Source: an uncultured Saprospiraceae bacterium | GTDB lineage: Bacteria > Bacteroidota > Bacteroidia > Chitinophagales > Saprospiraceae | Assembly: GCA_938022935.1 (NCBI GenBank) | Contig: CALIHL010000124.1 | Location: 11,585-75,584 of the forward strand | Direction of reading: 5' to 3' | Length of the DNA stretch: 64,000 bases | In this document: positions 37,317-46,601 of the stretch, piece by piece | Position numbering within the stretch: the stretch's first letter is position 1 | How the letters are laid out: every line of letters begins with the position of its first letter | The notes under the pieces: model-generated | The model's database searches: none | The model's input: the letters and a program-made list of their open reading frames with translations, nothing else | Told to the model about the DNA's origin: nothing | Program-made: the position numbers and the translations under genes

Positions 37317-38648
37317 ATGTCCAAAGTCATCATCGGAGAGAAAGAATACTTTAAAGGAGTTAAGAAAATCCAGTTTGAAGGACGAAAGTCTGATAACCCA
37401 TTAGCTTTCAAATGGTACGACCCTAAGCGCAAGGTCGGTGGGAAGAGTATGAAGAGTCATTTTAAGTTTGCTATGGCTTACTGGCATACGCTATGCAACA
37501 CTGGCGAAGATCCTTTTGGTCCTGGTACTAAGGTTTACCCTTGGGCAACCGCAACTGATCCTGTTCAACAAGCTAAGGATAAGATGGATGCTGCCTTTGA
37601 GTTTATGTCCAAGATGGGCTTAGAGTACTTCTGCTTTCATGATGTTGATCTGATCGATGAAGGAGACAGCTTTAAAGAGTTCGGTAAGCGTCTTGACAAG
37701 ATCACAGATTACGGCCTTCAAAAGATGAAGGGCAACAATATCAAAGTGCTTTGGGGAACAGCCAACCTGTTTTCTAATCCAAGATACATGAATGGAGCTG
37801 CGACTAACCCTGACTTCAATGTAGTAGCCTACGCAGGAGCTCAAGTAAAGAACGCTCTTGACGCTACAATCAAGCTCGGAGGAGAAAACTATGTATTTTG
37901 GGGAGGACGTGAAGGCTACATGTCCTTACTCAATACCAAGATGGGAAAAGAGTTAGACAATCTTGCTCAGTTCCTTCACATGGCTAAAGACTATGCCCGC
38001 AAAAGAGGTTTTAAAGGATACTTCTTTATCGAGCCAAAGCCGATGGAGCCTTCTAAGCATCAATATGATTTTGATGCCGCGACCTGTCTCAACTTTTTGA
38101 GACAGTATGATTTGATGGATGACTTTAAGCTTAACCTAGAAGTAAACCATGCTACGTTAGCACAGCACACAATGCAGCATGAGATGCAGGTTGCCGCTGA
38201 CGCAAATGCTTTAGGAAGTTTAGACGCTAACAGAGGTGACTATCAAAATGGTTGGGATACAGATCAGTTTCCAGTTGATCTATATGAACTTACAGAGATG
38301 ATGCTTGTCTTCTTAGAAGTCAAAGGCTTCAAAGGCGGAGGAATCAACTTCGATGCAAAGACAAGACGTAACTCGACTGATCTTGAAGATATCTTTTATG
38401 CTCACATCGGTGGTATGGACAACTTTGCCAGGGCTCTAGTAATTGCTGATGATATCATGCGTAACTCAGATTACAAAAAGCTACGTAAAGCTAGATACTC
38501 AACATTTGACAGAGGTCAAGGTAAGCAGTTTGCTCAAGGCAAATTAAAGCTAACAGATTTGTATAAATACACGCAGAAAAATGGCGAGCCAAAACAGACA
38601 AGTGGCCGCCAAGAGTTATTTGAAAATCTAATTAATCAATACATTTAA
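37317..38648 (+). CDS. xylA: xylose isomerase
   Basis: 443 aa with [23 protein letters not shown] and WDTDQF motifs. Confidence 0.95.
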   Translation: MSKVIIGEKEYFKGVKKIQFEGRKSDNPLAFKWYDPKRKVGGKSMKSHFKFAMAYWHTLCNTGEDPFGPGTKVYPWATATDPVQQAKDKMDAAFEFMSKMGLEYFCFHDVDLIDEGDSFKEFGKRLDKITDYGLQKMKGNNIKVLWGTANLFSNPRYMNGAATNPDFNVVAYAGAQVKNALDATIKLGGENYVFWGGREGYMSLLNTKMGKELDNLAQFLHMAKDYARKRGFKGYFFIEPKPMEPSKHQYDFDAATCLNFLRQYDLMDDFKLNLEVNHATLAQHTMQHEMQVAADANALGSLDANRGDYQNGWDTDQFPVDLYELTEMMLVFLEVKGFKGGGINFDAKTRRNSTDLEDIFYAHIGGMDNFARALVIADDIMRNSDYKKLRKARYSTFDRGQGKQFAQGKLKLTDLYKYTQKNGEPKQTSGRQELFENLINQYI

Positions 38649-38656
38649 AATGAAAT

Positions 38657-38688
38657 AGCGTCTTGGGTTATCAAGGCGCTAATTTTTA
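38657..38688 (+). terminator. Rho-independent terminator after xylA
   Basis: Stem AGCGTCTTG/CAAGGCGCT with one G-U pair and loop GGTTAT, followed by AATTTTTAT. Confidence 0.65.
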
Positions 38689-39246
38689 TAATTTCTCTTT
38701 TATATCAAGGTCCGTCTTCAGTCCATATAAAATTATCAGGTTTTTCTTTTTTATATATTCTTTCAACCCATCTTCGCCCTTACCTTTAGCCCAGTCAAAA
38801 TGGATGTCTCTGTGGCCTCTAAAATCATACATAGGTACACCAAATCCACACGAAGTCTGAGTTAACTCCACGTCTACAATTATAATTTGTCTTGTACTTG
38901 GATATATTTCAAAGTGTGGGGCATAAATTTTCCAATCTGGATTATCTCTTAGAATCACACGCCCTTTGCCATATAGTCTAAATATTTGTGGCTTCTCACC
39001 ATAGGAGCAAAACATGATCGTGATTCTTCCATTTTCTAAAGTATGCGCAGATGTTTCATTGCCACTACTTACTAAGTCCATTTAGCCGACTTGCGTGTCT
39101 GAGATTACTTTGAAAGAATCTAATCCTTTAGGAGACAAGTTTACTCTACCTTCTTTGCTCAACGGCGCTGTTGCAACAAAGTACATATGTTGTTTTGCTA
39201 TAAAAGCATAATTAGACTCCGTGATGCGATCTGAAAATTTACCCAT
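38686..39246 (-). pseudogene. pyridoxamine 5'-phosphate oxidase-family (FMN-binding split barrel) protein, interrupted by an in-frame TAA at 39082-39084
   Basis: ATG at 39246 opens 54 codons (MGKFSDRITESNYAFIAKQHMYFVATAPLSKEGRVNLSPKGLDSFKVISDTQVG). A TAA follows, then the same frame continues as the 131-aa track ORF (MDLVSSGNETSAHTLENGRITIMFC...). Confidence 0.7.
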
Positions 39247-39249
39247 TTT

Positions 39250-40065
39250 CTAATTTGATCTTTCTAATATCCAGTTTGCAATATCATTCATGATCATATT
39301 CTTTTCTGGTTCATGGATCAGCTCATGATAGAGGTCTGGATATATATTTAATGTCTTATCTGTTGAGGAAGCGTCAGTATGTAATTTTTTAGTGCCACCA
39401 GGCATCGTTAGTTTATCCCCACCGCCATGAATAGCCAAAAGAGGTAGATCTATTTTGTCAAAGTCTAATCGTATTTGCTTGATTGCTTTGAGCATCTCTG
39501 CTCCAGTTCTCGCTCTTGTTCCACCCAGATACATCAAAGGATCATTCATATAGTCTTCTAGCACTTTGGGATCTCGGGTCAGATATGTCTTATCCAGTTT
39601 TTCAGTTGGCAGCTTAGGGAAAAGAAACCCTAAGATCGGCGCAAGCGCTTGAAGGATCGGAGATAATTTGGGATCTAGCTCAAGTGCTGCACTAGACGAT
39701 ATCAGTCCTTTTATATCCTCTCCCATTTTACCTACTACATAATGAGCAGCAACTAAGCCGCCCATACTGTGGCCCATTATAAAAACAGGTCTTTTGATTT
39801 GTGCTCTGATTTGTTTTAAGTCAGAGATGTATGTTGAGAACCTATCTACATATCCCTTCAAACCATTTGACTTGCCATAGCCTCTCTGATCATAGGCGGT
39901 TACAGAGATACCTTTCGTATTTAAAAACTTGGCAAAGTGATCATATCTGCCTGAGTGCTCAGCATAACCATGTACTAACAGCAGATGTGCTTTTGAATCA
40001 GACACCAACCATTCTATTTTATGAATGTTCGTGTTATGCGATAATGTAGTATTAGATGTTTTCAT
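39250..40065 (-). CDS. alpha/beta hydrolase (lysophospholipase/monoacylglycerol lipase-like)
   Basis: 271 aa with HGYAEHSGRY, a GHSMGG nucleophile elbow and C-terminal D...H. Confidence 0.8.
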   Translation of the reverse strand: MKTSNTTLSHNTNIHKIEWLVSDSKAHLLLVHGYAEHSGRYDHFAKFLNTKGISVTAYDQRGYGKSNGLKGYVDRFSTYISDLKQIRAQIKRPVFIMGHSMGGLVAAHYVVGKMGEDIKGLISSSAALELDPKLSPILQALAPILGFLFPKLPTEKLDKTYLTRDPKVLEDYMNDPLMYLGGTRARTGAEMLKAIKQIRLDFDKIDLPLLAIHGGGDKLTMPGGTKKLHTDASSTDKTLNIYPDLYHELIHEPEKNMIMNDIANWILERSN

Positions 40066-40117
40066 AGATTATCTAAGTTAATTAAACTTAGAAGTATATG
40101 ATGTGAGTGTGTTGGAT

Positions 40118-40149
40118 AAAAAAAGCCTTCAGATGATTAATCTGAAGGC
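40118..40149 (-). terminator. Rho-independent terminator after nqrF
   Basis: Perfect 10-bp stem GCCTTCAGAT/ATCTGAAGGC with loop GATTA. The A7 run at 40118-40124 gives a U-run on the minus transcript. Confidence 0.8.
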
Positions 40150-40173
40150 CTTTATATTATTGCTCATCTGGTG

Positions 40174-41475
40174 TTATCCACCAAAATCATCAAATGCTAC
40201 GCTTTCTTCTGGGATACCCCAGTCGTCTGCCATCTTAAGAACACACTGGTTCATGATCGGAGGACCACAGAAGTATAATTCTAATTCTTCTGGTGCCTCA
40301 TGCTTACTTAAAAACTCATCTATCACCACTTGGTGTACATAACCTTTAAAGCCATCACCGTTTGGATCATCTATGTGTTCCTTTAGTGTCCAGTTATCTT
40401 CTGGAAGAGGGTTGTCAAGCGCTACGGCAAAACGGAAGTTAGGAAAGTTCTTTTCTATCGCTCTAAACTCCTCTATGTAGAAGAGCTCTTGCTTCGTTCT
40501 ACCTCCATAAAAGAAGGTCACCTTTCTTCCGGTCTTCAATGTGTGAAACAAGTGATACAAATGAGATCTCATCGGTGCCATACCTGCTCCTCCACCGATA
40601 TAAAGCATCTCACTTTCCGTCTCCTTAATGAAGAACTCTCCATAAGGACCAGAGATCGTTACTTTATCACCAGGCTTACAACCAAATACATAAGAAGAAC
40701 AGATACCTGGATTAACATCCATCCATCCGCCTTTCGCTCTATCAAATGGTGGTGTTGCTATTCTAATTGTCAATGAGACAATGTTACCCTCTGCTGGGTG
40801 ATTAGACATAGAGTATGCTCTAAACACCTCTTCATCATTGACCATCTTAAGGTCCCACAACTTGAATTTATCCCAATCCTTCTGAAACTTATCAGGAGAA
40901 TCATGATAATCAGGATGGGCCGTTATGTCCATGTCCTTGTAATCAACAGTGATCGGTGGCACATCCACTTGGATATAACCTCCTGCCTGAAAGTCCAAGG
41001 TCTCTCCTTCTGGGAGTTTTACTATAAATTCTTTTATAAAAGTCGCTACGTTATAATTAGAGATCACTTCACACTCCCACTTCTTGATACCAAATACCTC
41101 TTCAGGTACTCTAATCTCCATGTCCTCTCTAACCTTCACTTGACAAGCTAATCTCTTCTTCTCTGCTGCTTCTTTACGAGATAAGTGATTCATCTCTGTC
41201 GGAAGTACATCTCCTCCTCCGCTATCAACGTGACACTCACACATCGCACATGTACCACCACCACCACAAGCTGATGGAAGAAACACGTTTTGGTCGGAAA
41301 GTACAGACAACAATGTGCTACCTGGTTTTACAACTAATGGGTTGTCAGTATCTCCATTGACAATGATATTAACATCTCCCTGTGCAACAAGCTTTTTGTT
41401 AGCATAAAGCAGTATGTAGGATAGTCCTAAGATAACTGCACTAAAAACCGCAACTGCCATCAAGATCGTAACCAT
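40174..41475 (-). CDS. nqrF: Na+-translocating NADH:quinone oxidoreductase subunit F
   Basis: 433 aa with an N-terminal TM helix, a 2Fe-2S CGGGGTCAMC motif and an FNR-like FAD/NAD domain (RAYSMSN). Confidence 0.95.
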   Translation of the reverse strand: MVTILMAVAVFSAVILGLSYILLYANKKLVAQGDVNIIVNGDTDNPLVVKPGSTLLSVLSDQNVFLPSACGGGGTCAMCECHVDSGGGDVLPTEMNHLSRKEAAEKKRLACQVKVREDMEIRVPEEVFGIKKWECEVISNYNVATFIKEFIVKLPEGETLDFQAGGYIQVDVPPITVDYKDMDITAHPDYHDSPDKFQKDWDKFKLWDLKMVNDEEVFRAYSMSNHPAEGNIVSLTIRIATPPFDRAKGGWMDVNPGICSSYVFGCKPGDKVTISGPYGEFFIKETESEMLYIGGGAGMAPMRSHLYHLFHTLKTGRKVTFFYGGRTKQELFYIEEFRAIEKNFPNFRFAVALDNPLPEDNWTLKEHIDDPNGDGFKGYVHQVVIDEFLSKHEAPEELELYFCGPPIMNQCVLKMADDWGIPEESVAFDDFGG

Positions 41476-41499
41476 ATCTCTTCTTTTTCTTTTTACAAT

Positions 41500-42108
41500 T
41501 TAATTACCGCTGATCGCCGCTGGGTCGATACCCAACAAACTTAGAAAAGCCATACCCATCAAACCAGTAAGCAAAAACGCCATACCCAAACCTCTTAAAG
41601 GAGCTGGTACTGCTGAGTATTTTATTTTTTCTCTTATGGCCGCCAAAGCAACTATAGCCAAGAACCAGCCAAAGCCTCCTCCTAAGCCAAAGGCTACGGA
41701 CTCGCTAAAGTTATACTCACGAGAAACCATAAATAGTGAACCTCCTAATATGGCACAGTTCACCGTGATCAATGGTAAGAATATACCCAGTGAGTTATAA
41801 AGCGATGGAGAGAACTTCTCTATGATCATCTCAACTAACTGAACCATAGATGCAATCACTGCGATAAAGAGTATGAACCTTAGAAAGGTTAAGTCTTGTC
41901 CAAGTATACCTGTCTCATCTAAAAGATAAGTATTAATTAGCCAGTTGATTGGCATTGTAATCCCCAAAACGAAAATAACTGCTAACCCAAGTCCAAAGGC
42001 AGTTTTCAAAGTTTTAGATACCGCAAGGAATGAACACATTCCTAAAAAGTATGAGAGAATCAAGTTCTCAATGAAAGCCGCTTTTATAAATACATTTAAT
42101 AATTCCAC
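41500..42108 (-). CDS. nqrE: Na+-NQR subunit E
   Basis: 202-aa polytopic protein in the RnfA/NqrE family, in operon position. Confidence 0.9.
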   Translation of the reverse strand: MELLNVFIKAAFIENLILSYFLGMCSFLAVSKTLKTAFGLGLAVIFVLGITMPINWLINTYLLDETGILGQDLTFLRFILFIAVIASMVQLVEMIIEKFSPSLYNSLGIFLPLITVNCAILGGSLFMVSREYNFSESVAFGLGGGFGWFLAIVALAAIREKIKYSAVPAPLRGLGMAFLLTGLMGMAFLSLLGIDPAAISGN

Positions 42109-42120
42109 GTCTTATAATTT

Positions 42121-42834
42121 TTAGGAGATGTCAACTAATTTTGGATTCCAAGCTCTGTGGACCCAAATTAAAATTGCGATTAGGAACATTGCTGCAGCTG
42201 GTAGTACCATCAAGTTATTGTTAGAATACCAACTGAACCAAGATCCATCGGCAGCAGTATTAATCCAATACTCTGGTGTCGCTCCAATTATTTTCATTTC
42301 TAATGGAGAGCCTGCAAGCAAAGAACCTTTGCCAAATAGCTCTCTGAAGAATGCCACAATAATTAGAATCACCCCGTAACCAACACCGTTACCAACACCA
42401 TCTAAGAATGACTTCCAAGGGCTATTTGCCATTGCAAATGCTTCCAGCCTTCCCATCACGATACAGTTGGTGATGATCAGCCCAATGAAAATGGACAGCT
42501 GCTTATAAATGTCATAGTTGACCGCCTTAAGCGTCAGCTCTACAACTGTTACAAGCGTAGCTATGATTACCAATTGTACAATCATTCTAACTTGCTTCGG
42601 TATCGACTTTCTAAGAAGCGAAGTAAAAAGATTAGAAAATGCACAAACAAATATTACAGCTACAGTGATTACTATCGAAGGCACCAAAAGCGTGGTTACC
42701 GCTAGTGCACTACAGATACCTAATACCTGAACTGTTATTGGGTTGTTATCATTAAGTGGATCTGTAAGTAACTTGCGTTCTTTCTTTCCAAATGTAAAAA
42801 CCCCCTCTTTCTTTTCAACAGCAGTTTCTGCCAT
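42121..42834 (-). CDS. nqrD: Na+-NQR subunit D
   Basis: 237 aa. NNPITVQVLGICSALAVT is the typical NqrD/RnfE N-terminal block. Confidence 0.9.
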   Translation of the reverse strand: MAETAVEKKEGVFTFGKKERKLLTDPLNDNNPITVQVLGICSALAVTTLLVPSIVITVAVIFVCAFSNLFTSLLRKSIPKQVRMIVQLVIIATLVTVVELTLKAVNYDIYKQLSIFIGLIITNCIVMGRLEAFAMANSPWKSFLDGVGNGVGYGVILIIVAFFRELFGKGSLLAGSPLEMKIIGATPEYWINTAADGSWFSWYSNNNLMVLPAAAMFLIAILIWVHRAWNPKLVDIS

Positions 42835-42839
42835 ATCAA

Positions 42840-43592
42840 TTATGATTTACTTACTGATTTAAAATAAGGCATGTAGTACTTGATGCCATCATATAGCATA
42901 TCCGATACTCCATCACATGTCACCGTCGCTCCTGAGATACCATCTACTTCAAAAGCCGGATTACGAGCTCCTCCTTTTCTAACTACAACAGATGTATATT
43001 CTCCATCACTATTGTAAAGACTCTTTCCTTGAAATTGTCTTGGAAAACTAGGGTTGTCTTTGATCTCAGCTCCGAGACCTGCTGTCTCACCCTGGTGATC
43101 AAAAGATGCTCCTACAACTGTGGAAAAATCATCTTTCAAAGCTATATTGCCCCAGATTTCATCCCAAAGACCGTTACCTCTTATCGTGATGATATATGTT
43201 TTTTCTCCACCATCTTCGTAGACGTAAACTGGAAAAAAGCGATCTTCAAGAGCTCTCTTCTTTTCTTTCTTCATGTCTACATGCTCTGCTTGTCCACCTT
43301 TATACCCTCTCTCTTCTACTTGTTCAGTTGTAATGTCATTTCCTTCAGAATCCACAACGATCTGAGTGATCTTGTCGTCAAACAAAGACAATACTTCATC
43401 ATCAGGAAGTTTAGATGCTTTAACATCGTCACCTAACTTTGATTGAATCGCAGCAAGAACTGCCTTCTTGTTGAAGATGGCTTCGTTTTTCTTATGTATC
43501 GGTTTTAATACCGTTGTCATCCCAGCTAGAACCGTAGCTACGATCACGGTCATTATTAGGACGAATAAGTATATGCGCATTGTTTCACCCAC
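42840..43592 (-). CDS. nqrC: Na+-NQR subunit C
   Basis: 250 aa with an N-terminal TM helix and the FMN-attachment motif SGATVT. Confidence 0.9.
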   Translation of the reverse strand: MGETMRIYLFVLIMTVIVATVLAGMTTVLKPIHKKNEAIFNKKAVLAAIQSKLGDDVKASKLPDDEVLSLFDDKITQIVVDSEGNDITTEQVEERGYKGGQAEHVDMKKEKKRALEDRFFPVYVYEDGGEKTYIITIRGNGLWDEIWGNIALKDDFSTVVGASFDHQGETAGLGAEIKDNPSFPRQFQGKSLYNSDGEYTSVVVRKGGARNPAFEVDGISGATVTCDGVSDMLYDGIKYYMPYFKSVSKS

Positions 43593-44829
43593 GAGCTAAT
43601 CTTTTTGACATATGAGAATCTAACACCAATCTATCTAGAAGCGGTGCGAAAGTATTTATGAAAATGATCGCCAACATCCATCCTTCTGGATATGCTGGAT
43701 TTAAGACCCTAATGATCATGCCTATGAAGCCGATCAAAAAGCCATATGCTATTTTTCCTCCATTGGTGGAGGCTGCTGTAACAGGATCTGTTGCCATGAA
43801 AGCCATCGCAAAGAAGAAGCTACCCATATAAAACTGATAGTACCATGGTACATTCATAAATGGTGTTGCGTCCCATCCGTTGAGGATCATACCCATCAAC
43901 GCTGCCCCAACGAACATGCTTAACATGATGCGCCAGCTTGCTATACCAGTGATGATCAAGAATGCCGCACCTATCAAAATGAATGGTTTAGATGTCTCCC
44001 CGATAGAACCCGGGATCGTTCCCCACCACATCTGACTTACGCTATATACCTCTGTAACTTTCTCCCAACCTCCTTGGTAGGCCAAGGCAAGCGGAGTTGC
44101 TCCTGTATATCCATCAAGGACTTGTCCACCATCAAAAGTGTCCAGTCCCATCCAACCAAATAATCCATTGAATAGACTATGTGCCCAGCCATAATCTGCT
44201 CCGACGCCTGCTCTGATATTTTCAAATCCTGAGATCCAAACATCATCACCTGATATAGAAGTTGGATAAGCAAAGAACACAAAGAGTCTTGCCATCAAGG
44301 CGACATTCCATATGTTCATTCCTGTTCCTCCAAAAGCTTCTTTAACTAGAACAACTGCAAAAATGATAGATAATACCAAGATCCAAATAGGAAGATCTGG
44401 CGGCATAATCAATGGTATCAACGCTCCTGTAACTAGATATCCTTCTTCAACTGCATGACCTCTCTTGGCAGCATACCAAAACTCTATACCCAATCCCACA
44501 ACATTGGCGACTATAAAGAGTGGCAATAACTTGATAAGTCCGTGTGCTAATTTTAAATGAAAGCCTTCAAGAAAGCCTACATACTCACCCATCGCAGCAA
44601 AGTGCTGATGTCCTAAGTTGTAAGTACCGAATAGGTAACACAATTGCATCGCAAGAACAACATGAACCATCGTTCTTTTTAGGTCCATCCCGTCCTTGAT
44701 GTGAGTCCCTCCTTTGCTTGTTGTGTTAGGCGAAAATAGAAAGGTAAAGATAGCATCATAGCCAGTATGTAAGAGTGGGCTCTTCTTTTTGTCTGGCTCA
44801 ATCTTCTTAAAAGTTTCTAATAATCCCAT
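43585..44829 (-). CDS. nqrB: Na+-NQR subunit B
   Basis: 414-aa polytopic protein with a TGATPLA FMN-attachment block. It overlaps nqrC by 8 nt. Confidence 0.9.
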   Translation of the reverse strand: MGLLETFKKIEPDKKKSPLLHTGYDAIFTFLFSPNTTSKGGTHIKDGMDLKRTMVHVVLAMQLCYLFGTYNLGHQHFAAMGEYVGFLEGFHLKLAHGLIKLLPLFIVANVVGLGIEFWYAAKRGHAVEEGYLVTGALIPLIMPPDLPIWILVLSIIFAVVLVKEAFGGTGMNIWNVALMARLFVFFAYPTSISGDDVWISGFENIRAGVGADYGWAHSLFNGLFGWMGLDTFDGGQVLDGYTGATPLALAYQGGWEKVTEVYSVSQMWWGTIPGSIGETSKPFILIGAAFLIITGIASWRIMLSMFVGAALMGMILNGWDATPFMNVPWYYQFYMGSFFFAMAFMATDPVTAASTNGGKIAYGFLIGFIGMIIRVLNPAYPEGWMLAIIFINTFAPLLDRLVLDSHMSKRLARG

Positions 44830-44855
44830 TAATTTTTCTTTAGTCTATCTATATA

Positions 44856-46496
44856 TTATGCGTCCTCTCTCATCATATCAAGGCCATCTCTTAAGATGCT
44901 CTGTAACGGCATTTTAGATGTACAAGTAAATTCACAAAGTGCGATATCTTCTTCGCTTAATTCATATATACCTAATCCCTCCATCTGCTCAAAGTCACCC
45001 GTCATGATGGCTTTCATCAAATGTTGTGGGTATATCTTCATCGGTAAGACTTTTTCATACTGGCCACTCACGACAAAAGCTCTCTTCTCACCGTGTGTGT
45101 TAGTATCTCCGTCAAACTTAAGATTAGGGAATAAGAAGTTGGGGAAGGTCTTGGATATCGTTGGCCTCGGAGATAATGGCAATAACCAACCAAACATCTC
45201 GTAATAATCACCTTCTTTGATCGCTGTGATCTGATCAGACTTGATGCCCAGAAAACTATCTTCTCCAACTGTTGATCCAGATAAAACGTCCCCGTCTATA
45301 ACTCTTGACTTTCCTTCATTCATTGATTCAGTCAACTCATTGATGCTTGCCCCAGCATGAGTTTTAACATAAGTTGGATTGCTGATCTGAGCGCCAGCTA
45401 CAGCTACCGTTCTTTCTGCATTATAGATGCCTTTGAACATCAAGTCACCAATCGTTGCAACTTGTTGTACAGTAAGTGTCCATACTTTGTCTCCTACATT
45501 GATCGGCGCTACATGGTGGATCTGTACACCAACATTACCACTTGGATGCTTACCGCTGAACCAGTGCTTTTTACAATTACTAGCTCCCGTAAATGCCGCT
45601 GATGGTGCTTCTCCTCCTCTAGCATCCAATCCAAGGTGAACATCACCAGATGTTAATCGTGCTAGCGTATCTATACCTTTTTGAAATGCTTCTTCTTTTC
45701 CTTGAATTATAAAACTCATGTCAGGAGCAAGAGGCGCACTGTCAAATGTTGAGATGAAAATATTCTTTGGCTCACTATCTGGTGAAGGAACTACATCAAA
45801 TGGTCTCTCATTGATCATAGACCAAGCGCCCGCTTCACACAAAAAGTCAACTATTGCTTCTCTTGATCCCTCTTTGATGCTCGGTGGATCAAATTGCTTA
45901 TATTTTACTTCACTATCTCCTAAGATTATAATATCAGTAATCGCTCTTTTATCTCCTCTTCTGACTTCGACAACCTCTCCACTGATAGGTGCGACAAACT
46001 TTACTTTGTCGTCTTTCTTATCGTGGAAGATTACATCTCCGGCTTTGATCTCATCTCCAACAGCCACAACGACTTTGGGTATGGGAGCCATGCCTCTATA
46101 ATCTGTGGGCTTTACAGCATACCTCTTAGAGGTATTAGCGCTAACAGAAAGAGGAGCTTCTCCATTGAGAAATATGTCATGTCCTTTTTTTAACTGGACG
46201 ACATGATCGCCACCAGTATATGCAGGACCACTTGACTGCCAAAGTTGATTAATTGATGGAACCAAAGATTTCTTTTGGTCGGCATCCATGTCTGCCTTCG
46301 TCGCTTCAAGCTGTATAAAGTTCTCACTAAGCATCAAGATCGCGCTCACCAAGATGAGTGCTCCGACTATAACAAGCATAGCAATCACATATACATTGCC
46401 TGATGTTTCGGCAGCTTGTGCGCTAAGTTGTGAAGTCGAGAATGTTAGTAAGAAAAGTGTGAAGAATGAAGACGCAATTCTACGGAATGATTGCAT
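44856..46496 (-). CDS. nqrA: Na+-NQR subunit A with an unusual ~98-aa N-terminal signal/TM extension
   Basis: 546-aa ORF. The canonical NqrA begins near residue 99 (VVQLKKGHDIFLNGEA...). A TATCTTTG -7 box on the minus strand (46522-46529) lies just upstream of the long-form ATG. Confidence 0.85.
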   Translation of the reverse strand: MQSFRRIASSFFTLFLLTFSTSQLSAQAAETSGNVYVIAMLVIVGALILVSAILMLSENFIQLEATKADMDADQKKSLVPSINQLWQSSGPAYTGGDHVVQLKKGHDIFLNGEAPLSVSANTSKRYAVKPTDYRGMAPIPKVVVAVGDEIKAGDVIFHDKKDDKVKFVAPISGEVVEVRRGDKRAITDIIILGDSEVKYKQFDPPSIKEGSREAIVDFLCEAGAWSMINERPFDVVPSPDSEPKNIFISTFDSAPLAPDMSFIIQGKEEAFQKGIDTLARLTSGDVHLGLDARGGEAPSAAFTGASNCKKHWFSGKHPSGNVGVQIHHVAPINVGDKVWTLTVQQVATIGDLMFKGIYNAERTVAVAGAQISNPTYVKTHAGASINELTESMNEGKSRVIDGDVLSGSTVGEDSFLGIKSDQITAIKEGDYYEMFGWLLPLSPRPTISKTFPNFLFPNLKFDGDTNTHGEKRAFVVSGQYEKVLPMKIYPQHLMKAIMTGDFEQMEGLGIYELSEEDIALCEFTCTSKMPLQSILRDGLDMMREDA

Positions 46497-46601
46497 TATT
46501 TAGTGCTTCTAATTTGAGCCACAAAGATAGAAAGCTTTACCTAGAAACATGGAGTACCGATGTCTATCGACCGTGCTTAATCTTATTTAGACTTAATCAA
46601 C

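Noticed and set aside
31233-39084. Stop-codon reassignment (TAG or TAA read as an amino acid) as the explanation for the in-frame stops in sdhA and the PNPOx-family gene
   Set aside because: TAG and TAA terminate many well-defined genes in the same window at family-typical lengths. TAG ends the PaaE-like gene, the DUF5606 gene, ybeY, the sdhA C-terminus, the histidine kinase and the response regulator. TAA ends dnaJ, the ompH genes and sdhB. A global code change is therefore not supported.
27907-46101. Long antisense ORFs: 27907-28329 (-), 35941-36357 (+), 40798-41151 (+), 43029-43436 (+) and 45718-46101 (+)
   Set aside because: Each lies entirely opposite a confidently assigned gene (DUF4175, DUF5706, nqrF, nqrC, nqrA). 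Each has a Ser/Leu/Ile-rich shadow-frame composition with no recognisable motifs.
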